DNA of 64,000 bases from Dipteris shenzhenensis (lineage: Eukaryota). This document shows, one piece after another, positions 13,776 to 24,265 of this stretch. Position 1 is the first letter of the stretch, and every line of letters starts with the position of its first letter. The notes under the pieces were generated by a model. That model did not search any database. It had not been told where the DNA came from and saw nothing but the letters and a program-made list of their open reading frames with translations. The stretch is from NCBI GenBank assembly GCA_047967505.1, contig CM106538.1; one strand, given 5' to 3'. The position numbers were made by a program, and so were the translations under genes.

Positions 13776-14460
13776 TTAGGACAATCTAGTTGGTTGTGCA
13801 CAAAGCCTTTCTATAAGCCTTGCGATGTTATGACTCATGTGCTACTATATTTCCAAATTCTTATTGAGGTGAACTTCAATACTTGGACAAGACTAATATA
13901 CACAACTTGGACAAGACTAATATACACAACCTAACTAGTTTGTCGCTTGATACAACTCCCATAAAGATACATGTTATGAAAACTTTATAATTATTTCTAC
14001 TAAATGAAATGCAAGCATGACCACTTGTGAAGTTCATTAGTTACTTTGGCATAGTAGAGAGAGAATGAGAAGTGCTTGAGAAGGTGAACATAGAAGTCGT
14101 CCACGGAAGACAACAATGGCTTGAGGATGATTTCCTTAAAGAGTGCTTCTTAAGAAATTGATGGGCTAGGGGTTAAGGGTGATAATTCTAAAACATTAAG
14201 CATCTAGATCAAGTAGATTAAGGACATAATTCAAGTGCACCTTTATTCAAAAGGAGTTACTCTCACAGGCGCACCATGGGCACCACCCACACATCATGGA
14301 TGGGCAAGATTGCCCGCCCCATCCAACCCATGGCACAGATGCATTCAATGCACCATAGAGGGACTTAGGCAGCTCTAGTGTGAAAACAGCATAAGCATTC
14401 AAGCTACCAAGTTAAGGGCACTTCAGCCTATAGAGGGGCACGTCTGAGCTGAGGTCAAAG

Positions 14461-14466
<6 letters not shown>

Positions 14467-14527
<61 letters not shown>
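14467..14527. repeat. (AG)n microsatellite
   Basis: About 30 AG units. Confidence 0.98.
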
Positions 14528-14532
<5 letters not shown>

Positions 14533-14822
14533 TGCAACGAAATGTACAAGATAATATTGTATTGGGCAGTAAGTTTACTTCTTGAGTCAAGGCAGCAAGG
14601 ACGGCGAGATATATGAAAAGCAAAATTTTACATTACTTGGACCTTGATCAAGAAAAACATACTCTAACATAAAAATTTGTAACTTAACCAACCTAGCATA
14701 ACCAAACTAACGTGAATAAACTCACATAACGAGCTAGGTTTCATAAAGTAATATCGATCAACTTTACCACATATATGAATAAATGGAAGTAAAATAGTGT
14801 ATGGTTTCAAATGAATACCACG

Positions 14823-14824
<2 letters not shown>

Positions 14825-14852
<28 letters not shown>
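14825..14852. repeat. (CA)n microsatellite
   Basis: About 14 CA units. Confidence 0.95.
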
Positions 14853-14856
<4 letters not shown>

Positions 14857-15111
14857 CATCCTCCAATCTCCCCATTTTACAAAGCTAAATTTTTTTAAAT
14901 TTGCTCCACTTCCATTCTCCCATTGCAAAGGGGGAATGGCACCAGTGCCATTCTCCCATTGTGATTTCCTGATTCAAATCAAGGCTGTGCAAAGGGGAAA
15001 TGGCACTAGTGCCATTCTCCCAGATTCAAAGTTTTGGCTTCACAGAGTCAAAATGTCACATGTGAGTTTGATGATCTCAGTGTCATTATGTAGATGCCAG
15101 CATGAGATTGG
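14853..15111. repeat. satellite/palindrome motif block, same family as 4542-10920; interrupted by the LTR element
   Basis: ATGGCAC(C/T)AGTGCCATTCTCC and CACATGTGAGTTTGATGATCTCAG blocks; sequence resumes at 18121. Confidence 0.85.
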
Positions 15112-18100
15112 TGTTGAGAGTTGTGGTGCCATGAGCACATAGATTAAAGGGCTAAGGTATGGTATAGGAAAGAATTAAAGTAGCCACCCTAAGATGTGGA
15201 CTACATGATGTGGAGATGTGGATTGAGGATATCCACAAGGAGAGATGTGGATGAAAGGATCCCACATGTGTTGACTATTCAAAGGGCACTCTCTATATAA
15301 GAGGCCTATCGTGTATGATTGAGTACACACTCACACACATTGCAAAAGATATAGATTTGCTATCTCCCTCTCATGTCTTATTTAGTGTGCTTTGAGCCTC
15401 CTTAGTTCTTCTGTTGATCTTGTGTGCACTAGGTTTAGCACGATCTTACATTCTTTCTCATGGTATCAGAGCATAGGTTTAGCTCTCCTAGTTTAGCTCA
15501 TTAGTAGTTCACTAGGATTGCTTCCATTCTTAGATTAGTTTCAGAATGTAAGATTAGTTTTAGATCTCGAGAGTTCTTGTGAGATAGAATTCATTGAGAG
15601 AAAGAGCGAGAGAAATCCATCTTCTTGAGGGAATTCCATTCATTGCACTTCTACAAGAAGAGATGTTGGAGAAAGAGATTAACGAGAGTGTGAGGAATAT
15701 TTTTATCTCTCTATCCTCGCCTATGATCAGCCCAGTGAGCAATCCTCCCACAGTTCAAAGCCTCAACCGAACGAGCAGTGTCTACACCTTCTGCCCAATA
15801 CGACTCTACCTAAGGTGGCTTAGATGAAGAAACCTATTCATTGCCTCTTCTAGAAGACCTCACAGCAAGCTCTCCACCATCGCCAGTGATATCAAGCAAC
15901 TGCGATTATTGAATAGCTCACAGAAAGAGGCTTAATAGAGTCTTGGATGCATTAGTTTCGAGCCTCTACGGGTCCTGTGTGAGGCATATGATGCAAATGA
16001 GCCCCGAGAAGGTGGGCAATCCATTGTCATAGAGAAGCACGCAGTGAATGGTGCTCCAGCACAACTGCTCCCCACGGAAGAACTCCAGCCACCGCAGATA
16101 GCCCAGGCTTGCACAAACAACCTGCCTCTTCAACGACACAGCGCAAAGCAAAGCTTCATAGCAACGGCAATGGCTAAGCATAGCTCTTTCATCTATAGCT
16201 AACGACTAGAACACCGATGGGCTACCTCAACTTTTGCTCCACCGTCGACTGGAGCTTCAACAATAGCCTCCAAGTGCCTCGTCACACAGCTCGTCGATCG
16301 ACTACATAGATGACCCTCTCCTTCACGAGATTGAGCTGCCTTGGTGACGTGATCTCGCTAGCATCCGTGCTCCTCTAAGCTCCAAATGCTCTACAGCCTA
16401 CTCCAACGACCACCGACCAACAAAGGTAAGTCCAACCCACCGATGGCTCACCAACTCCAGCCCTGAGGTGCTATGCTCAAACGACCCTGCAGCGCGCCCT
16501 GCAACAGAGACTTGCTGCCCATCAAGCCATCCGCGATGCTCTAACAAGCGTCCCAACCGCATGTAACGGGCGACACTCCATTGTCTCCAGCGAGCAGCGC
16601 TTCTCCTGGCTCCCAACTCATTGATCGATCGGGCTAATAGCCCATGCAAGCTAAGCTTCAGCATGCCATCACATCGACTCCTCCATAGCAACGAAACAAC
16701 CAAGCTCCTGCTCCAGCCACATCAAAAATGCCACAATAGACTCCAACTATAGCAACGACGGGCTGTAGCTCCCAGGCTCCTCTCCAAGCCTCAAGCAGAC
16801 AGTTGCCTCCTGCTCATAACATCCAACTCCAACAATGTACCGGTAGCCTCTGCAGCAACCCTCCTCTGTCTCCAAATGTGGCGACTCGAAAGATCTGTTC
16901 CTTGTCGACGGCCGCATCTCCATTGACGCCTGCATCGCCATCATTGTTTCTGACCTTCTCCAAGGTCTCAGACCTTAGGAAAAGCCACATGGCAGATTGT
17001 GGTTAATTCTAGGTTAGATTAATGCTTTGGTTGAAATTTTGCCACGTGGCAGATAAGGGTATGGTCAACTTAACACACAATGGTTAAGTTAGAGTTAGGG
17101 TTAGTTAAGCCACATCAGCATGCACAGTCAGTAGTGCCTTCTAAGCACACAGCCTCTTGTTAAGCATAGTATGGAATTCAGCATGTGAATCCCTGTGCCA
17201 CATCATCAAAGGCTCTCTTCTTCACAGAATCTTCGACAAGCCATAACTTGCAATCCAAGAAGAATTTGGACACGCTCCAAAAAGGAAAAGTGATCATCTT
17301 TTCGAGCTCCACGCGCCTGTCATGTCAGAATCATTGTATGAAATTAGACACTGCCAATATTGAAAGAAATCAATTGGTAAGACCTTTGCAACAAATGAAA
17401 AAGCAACGCATGAATGCAGAAAGCATGCCAAAAGCACAAGTGCATGAGATGACCATAGCAAGAAGCATGGCATCCATACACAAAGCATCAAGGCACATGG
17501 AAGAACAAAGCATCATGCATCAAGCTACGAAGTGAACGCCATCGACATGAAGCATTGAAAAGTAAAATCCTTTCCACCTACAGCCCATATGTTTGTAAAT
17601 CAAGCCTGACCACCTAAGAGTAGCTATGAAAGCACCCAGGGGAGGTATTGACATGTAAAAGCCACACTTGACTACCTTAAGTAGTAATGCATGCACTAAA
17701 GGGAGGTGATGGAATGTAACTCACATCTGACCACCTTGCAGTAGCCAAAGGATCATGGCACCAAGGGGAGGTGTTGAGAGTTGTGGTGCCATGAGCACAT
17801 AGATTAAAGGGCTAAGGTATGGTATAGGAAAGAATTAAAGTAGCCACCCTAAGATGTGGACTACATGATGTGGAGATGTGGATTGAGGATATCCACGAGG
17901 AGAGATGTGGATGAAAGGATCCCACATGTGTTGACTATTCAAAGGGCACTCTCTATATAAGAGGCCTATCATGTATGATTGAGTACACACTCACACACAT
18001 TGCAAAAGATATAGATTTGCTATCTCCCTCTCATGTCTTATTTAGTGTGCTTTGAGCCTCCTTAGTTCTTCTGTTGATCTTGTGTGCACTAGGTTTAGCA

Positions 18101-18120
18101 CGATCTTACATTCTTTCTCA
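15112..18120 (+). mobile_element. non-autonomous LTR retroelement (large TRIM/LARD-like), 3.0 kb, no gag/pol
   Basis: 349-bp LTRs (15112-15460, 17772-18120) with 2 differences by eye; tRNA-Met PBS TGGTATCAGAGC 15461-15472; PPT AAGGGGAGG; TSD ATTGG on both sides. Confidence 0.95.
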
Positions 18121-19410
18121 ATTGGCATCATTGCCATTCTCCCCTAGTGGTAACCTAGACAAACTAAACCTATAGATTGACATTCCACTAATTTTATTGG
18201 CTACAGTAGGATAATGGCAAAAGTGTAAATGCACATGTGAGTTTAGGATTCCTTGTGCATGTTTTCAATTCATGGTAAGAGATTGGCACCACTGCCATTC
18301 TCCACAGAGATTGACACAAATCCATATGAACTCTACAGAGCAGAGACTGTGATCATAGGAGAGTGGTCTCCGATTCCATTCCACATGTGAGTTTGATGAT
18401 TTCAGTGTCATTATGTAGTTGCCAGCATGAGATTGGCATCACTGCCATTCTCCGCTAGTGGTAATCTAAACAAACTAAACCTATAGATTGACATTCCACT
18501 AATTCCAATGGGAGAATGGCATTGGTGCCCTTCTACCTTTGTGAATCCAAAATTTTGAATTAGGACATTCCATTGGGAGAATGGCACTAGTGCCATTCTT
18601 CATTTTCCAATGGGAGAATGGCACTAGTGCCATTCTCCATTTTCCTATTGCAAAGCCAAAAAATTACGACATTGCATTGGGACATTCCATTGGGAGAATG
18701 GCACTAGTGCCATTCTCCATTTTCCTATTCCTAGTGCCATTCTCCATTTTCCTATTACAATGGAGAATGGCACTAAACTTATAGATTGACATTCCACTAA
18801 TTCCAATGGGAGAATGGCATTGGTGCCCTTCTACCTTTGTGAAGCCAAAATTTTGAATTAGGACATTCCATTGGGATAATGGCACTAGTGCCATTCTCCA
18901 TTTTCCAATGGGAGAATGGCACTAGTGCTAGTCTCCATTTTCCTATTACAAAGCCAAAAAATTAGGACATTCCATTGGGACATTCCATTGTGAGAATGGC
19001 ACTAGTGCCATTCTCCATTTTCCTAATCCTAGTGCCATTCTCCATTTTCCTATTACAAAGCCAAAAAATTAGGACATTCCATTGGGAGAATGGCAGTAGT
19101 GCCATTCTCCATTTTCCTATTCTCTAGTGCCATTCTCCCATTGCAATGTCCTAATATAAAATTTTGGCTTTGCAAAGGGAGCATGGCACCATTGGAATTC
19201 TCCCAAGGCAAAGTCCCAAGTCAAAATTTTGTCTTCCAAAGGAAGAATGGCACTAGTCTATTCTCCTCTTATGAAGACAAATGTTTTTCTCAAGTCAATT
19301 CATGGGGAGAATAGCACTGGTGCCATTCCCCTTTTCAAAGATGGGATATGCAATTCTCCATAGGTTAGCCAAATTCACATGGAGAATGGCACTGGTGCCA
19401 TTCTCCCCCC
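18121..19410. repeat. satellite continuation grading into an array of the palindrome GAGAATGGCACTAGTGCCATTCTC
   Basis: About 10 or more perfect or near-perfect 24-bp palindromes between 18500 and 19410. Confidence 0.92.
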
Positions 19411-19757
19411 GCTACAAGGACAACTTTGTTGGTCTTATGAAATTCTTTGGTTGTACTTTGTTCATAATCAATTTCCTGTCATCGTAATGAGAGGGGATGG
19501 CTACTATCATTTGCATGAATCAGGTCATGATGATGGCGAAAATAATTCATGCTTTAGAAAAAGTTTTATCAAATTGCTAAAATTTTTAGGGAAATAATTC
19601 ATGCTTTCATGAAAATTTTGTATAGACTCATTCATGCTTTATAGAGATTTGCACCAATGCCATTCTTCCCCTCTAGAAGGACATGTTTGATGGTCTTATG
19701 AAATTCTTTGGTTGTAATTTGTTCATAATTAATTCTCCGTAATCGTAATGATGGGGG

Positions 19758-22689
19758 ATGGCTATCAGAAGCGGGGAGAAGGTCATGATGATGGTGGGGA
19801 ATGAAGTGGTTGGAATTGGTGGAGTGTGTGCAATAGATTCGGAGGCCTACTGTAGTGGTGTGAAGATTGGGACAGAAAATGTATCGGTGATAGTGGAGAA
19901 GTCCATCAATAGTGAAATGCTCTTGCCATTTCCCACTATGGATGCAGTGCTTGTTGGTGAGGCAATTTGGAGCGTTGTCAAGTGGCCTGTGACCATGTTG
20001 CTGGTATAGATGAGTTGGTCAATGATCAAATGTTGAAAAGGGACGATCCAACATCAAAGAAAAGAAGGTACACTTTCATTAACAGGGTGCCTAAACAAAG
20101 AGAGCCTCCAACAGCAATGTACAAAATGTCACTAGATTCGGTGCAGCAGGTTTCTTCCATCAATTGTTGTGGGAGTAGGTGTTGCCAACATGCAGAGCGA
20201 GATCTCTTAATGAATCTAAGGAAGAACTTTTGGGGCAGCTCCTTGGAGTCTCGTACAAACTTTATATATGATGTGTTGTCAACGTCTTGGCATCATGACT
20301 ACACAAGGAGGATATGCTACAACTTCAAGATAAATGGTCGAGATGTCTGTTGTAGAGCATGGTATGAGATGCATGGAACTCCAAGGACATCATTTTATCG
20401 ATACAGGGAGCAATTTGAGAGTGGTGTGCAGCGATATGTGCATGGCAATTCAGGGATTATGAGGAGGAGCAGGGAGCACATAGGTATGGGAAGGGCTCTC
20501 ATTCAACACTTTGTGGATAATAGCACAGAGCATATGCCTCACAAGAGTAGAACCATGCAGGATGGTTCTAGAGAGACACAACAAGTGATACCTGAAGTGT
20601 ATAAGAAGATAGACATCCTACGTGAGGTCAACACTTCACTTAATCAACGTGGTTATCAGAGCCTATCCACATCCACATTTGGCAGGATTTTTGAAAATCA
20701 GACTTAAAAAATGTAGCCCTTGCTAAGACGAGTGAATTCTCTTAATGTAGCTTGTGCAACCGGATCAAGGCTCAATTGGCAGCCACAAAAAGTCAAGATG
20801 AGCGCAATTCGCTGATGGAAGAGAGAAAGATGCATATGATACAGCAACAAAGTTGTAGGAACTTATACTATGCATGGCATAGGTACTCCGAGATGGATCC
20901 AAAAAAGTATGTATGCATAATCCATGATAAGATGGACCAAAAAAAGACGGCAATTCCAAGACTTTGGGTGAGGTCCAAGGACACCGATTCTACATGGCAA
21001 TTACAGGTTTCACTCATTGGAATGATTACCCATGGGCATGGAAACGGTCATTATGGACACTTCACCCTCAATGGTTTGTGGCCATCTGATCCCAACATGA
21101 CGATTGGATCGCTCTCAATTTGTTTATGCAACCTCAAGAGGATGGATATGCATGACCTTAGAGACCTTGCTACCAATGGGATTCCTAGAAGCAATGCTCG
21201 CCTTTTGAATGCTCTATGTTCAAGAAACGCTTTGGACTCCCATTACAGTTCTAAAGGTGCACATGTTTCCACAAGTGGAGCTAGCTTGTCTGAAAATGTA
21301 GATGTCACGATCACAAATGCAAATCTAGAAACTGTATCGGAAAGTGACCCGAAGTCTGTCACGGAGGCCATGACAACTTCCATTGCAAGGGCTATAGACA
21401 CATGTGTGAATTTTTTTCCGTCAAATACAAGAGAAAACCCACCCTCTTTAGAGGGGAGTGTTGCTATTGAGCCACCATTCCAAAAGTTGCCAGAGAACTT
21501 GCTACTCTAACTAGATAATTGTGGGTCTGAGAACGAAAATAGATACTTGTTTGCATACCTTTCTCTTCTTGTAGCAAGGGGCATTTTCAAGACAGTTCAA
21601 TTGGGCTTCTTGATGGTAGGGCACACACATGAGGACATTGATGCAATGTTCAGTAGGTTTTCTGAGAGCTTGCGGGTGGGACAAACATTCACTTTCCCGC
21701 ATCTGATGGATACATTCAAAAAATGTACATCATCTTCACCGGCACCATTTGTTCTTACACGGGTTCCTAACTTCAAGGATTATGTAGATGGCTACCTATG
21801 TGATGGGCAAGAAATGCTAGTTGGACATGCAAAGCCATTACAATTTCGATTTTACATGCAAGGTGACATACCAATGATGGAGTACAAGGTGCATCCAAAA
21901 TCACCGAATTGGATGCCCATTGAAGGGGGAATTGAGCTATGGAAGAAAGACAATGAGGGTCGATCATTGTTGCCAACAGGTTGTCCGAATATACTGCCAA
22001 TGGCTGCATTTGTGAGAGATCACTTGCAAGTAATATCAACGATAAAGGATTACATTAAGTTTTGGGAGAAATGTGCAAGTGGAAAGAATGCATCCTATGA
22101 GTCCTACATTAGGCCAGTGATAGACTATTGGAAAACCATGATCGGTGAGCTCGAACAGGAAAACATCTCAGAGATAGGAGTGTACAGAAAGTTTTGGCCA
22201 AGAACACAATCTCCTGATGAGGAGGATGATATAGATGCTTGCATTAATGATTTCCAAGGCTATGAGGAATGGAATGATCACTATTGTGGGCCTCTAAAAG
22301 GTAAGCCGAGGGAAGAGTTTAGACCAATGGTGGATGTTAAGCAAGGTGACTTTGTCTTGGTGAGGCCATCAGATCCTATATACCCCATATGGCTTGGGGT
22401 TGCCATATCAAGTGCCGAGATGGATGCTGCTTCTCCTAATCTCAAGAAATTATTAATTCAGTATTGGGCACCATCAGTTAAGAGAAAGGGGCTCAGTGAT
22501 GTAGATGCCTATATTGATTGCTGGAACAAGTATTGGGCAGAGAATAGGTTGGATCCACAGGTATGGGAGTGTATTGATGCAATTGTCTGGTCATGGACAT
22601 CAAAATCCATAAATAGACCCAAGAAGATCAAGATTCCACAAAGCGTATGTATCAAAGCACAGGAGAGCTTGCTTGGTATCAGAGCATAG
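19758..22689 (+). pseudogene. DUF7869/Sola1-like DDD transposase (decayed) with N-terminal Tnp1/En-Spm-like module, Cys-rich region and C-terminal Tudor/SH3-like domain
   Basis: Motifs IIHDKMDQKKTAIP, L*LDNCGSENENRY and VQLGFLMVGHTHEDIDAMFS; CCGSRCC and VCCRAW; N-terminal V.V....LLPFP...VGEAI.SVVKWP. Broken into ORFs 19758, 19967, 20752 and 21547. Confidence 0.75.
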
Positions 22690-23219
22690 AAAATGGTGTC
22701 GATTTTCTCCCTCTTAATCTCCCAAACTTCCATTGTAAGGTGTGTTCTCATGTGATGTTTCTCAATTGTTGTTATCTTGTCAATGGGTATTTGCATATTA
22801 TTAATATGACAATTTTTCAGAAGCTGACCTTCACCACCAACTGCTTTGTTTCTAGTGGAACTCACTATGCATGGTGTTTGTTAACACCATCAACTGGTGT
22901 TTATTAATACCTCAAGTAAAATATACATGTTGTTCCTAGACGGTGTTTATTAACACCACCAAATACATGATTTTCAAACTCTGCCACAAATGCTTTGTTT
23001 CGGTTTTTATACGCAATGAACTGTTTCACAACCAATGAAGTTTTTCATAATCATTGGAATTCCAAATATTAGCTTATTCAATATTGGTAAAATTCCCACA
23101 ATCAATGGAAATTTTCCCAAATTTAATGAAGCCTTTCCCAATTTTAATGAAATCCACCCAATTTCAAAATTCCCAAAATGCAAATTTTGTCCCACTTTAT
23201 CTAATACTGTGTTAAATCC

Positions 23220-23935
23220 CTAAGTTCCCCTGGGCTTCCTAAGACGTACAATAAATTGCATGTCTATAGCGGTCACGGTGACCCTTTTCCTATGAATGGC
23301 AGCTAACTAGATGTAATCCATGAGGTCTACTAGTAGGTAGGCCTTAGATGCATGCTACAGCGCAAGCAAGGCATCTCTAGAAATACGCCAGGGAGCCTCC
23401 ACAACTCTGCGCCTAGAAAACCAAGACATTGGGTTAAGGTTGAGGTCCTGGATGACCTCGCGTACCACCCTTGCGAAGCTGGCCATCAGGATGAGCAGAT
23501 CAATGGACTTCTGAAACTTTCTGATCTCCTGAAGTGCCACTGTTCCTGGCTTGAATCTGTACCACCTCACTAGAGGAGGGCCTCATCCTGGATGTTGAGG
23601 GCCTCTTTGACCTGCACTTGGAGCTCTGGCACCTCTCCCCCGTTGGCGTGGACCCTGATTGTTTGTTCCTGCCTTGGTCCTCTGGTCTGTTCTTCGTTGT
23701 TCCTCTTCCACACACTCCTCCTCTGTGCTCTCGAAGTCATCCATCTCTATCATAGGATCTTCTTGTGCCTTCCTCTATCCCCCTTACTCCCTATCCGGCT
23801 TTTGGATTGGTAGTTTCTCCCTTCGGCGAGGATCATTGGGGGGAGAGGGGGGGGGCTATCACTCTCTGTCTCTGAGTCTGGAGGTGGGTCTGGCTATGCC
23901 AGTCTCTGTGGTGCCTTGATCTTGGGCCTGGCCAT
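23220..23935 (-). pseudogene. divergent histone H3 variant with CENH3-like features (~238 aa reconstructed, intronless; 6 C>T-type stops, 1 homopolymer frameshift)
   Basis: MARPKIKAP start; histone fold [39 protein letters not shown]-[19 aa][48 protein letters not shown] aligns with H3 [37 protein letters not shown]...ALQEA.EAYLV.LFEDTNLCAIHAKRVTI..KD.QL.RRIR. Confidence 0.9.
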
Positions 23936-24068
23936 GGGGGATGGAGAGAGTGTGCAAGAGAAAGAGTGAGGGTGCGAGAGATAGGGTGGAAATCTCAGGG
24001 GCAAGTGGGAGGTGGTGTGGGAGTGGAGAGCTCTTTAAACAATGAAATAAAAATGAGGGTGCATTCTC

Positions 24069-24075
24069 TTATATA
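24069..24075 (-). promoter_or_regulatory. putative TATA box of the H3-like gene
   Basis: CCTATATAAG on the minus strand ~135 bp upstream of the ATG, followed by a pyrimidine-rich leader. Confidence 0.5.
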
Positions 24076-24265
24076 GGGACAAAATCCCTAATTTTTAAAA
24101 AATACTTGTTTCAATAAAAACCCTTAAAAATTTAAAATTAGTGCAACCTTGAGCTAAATACTTATAATTAACATCCCATAACACAAAATTTCTCATTTAT
24201 ACTGCAACTCATGTCCATTATACATTGCAAATCACAAAACTAAAATTACAAATAAATTCTGAAAG

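Noticed and set aside
4542-19410. CRISPR-like array (palindromic repeats separated by other sequence)
   Set aside because: The intervening sequences are themselves repeated modules rather than unique spacers; there are no cas genes and the context is eukaryotic.
23220-23935. Functional host CENH3 or canonical H3 locus
   Set aside because: This copy has six in-frame stops and a frameshift, and no introns; no gene symbol is assigned because orthology cannot be shown without a phylogeny.
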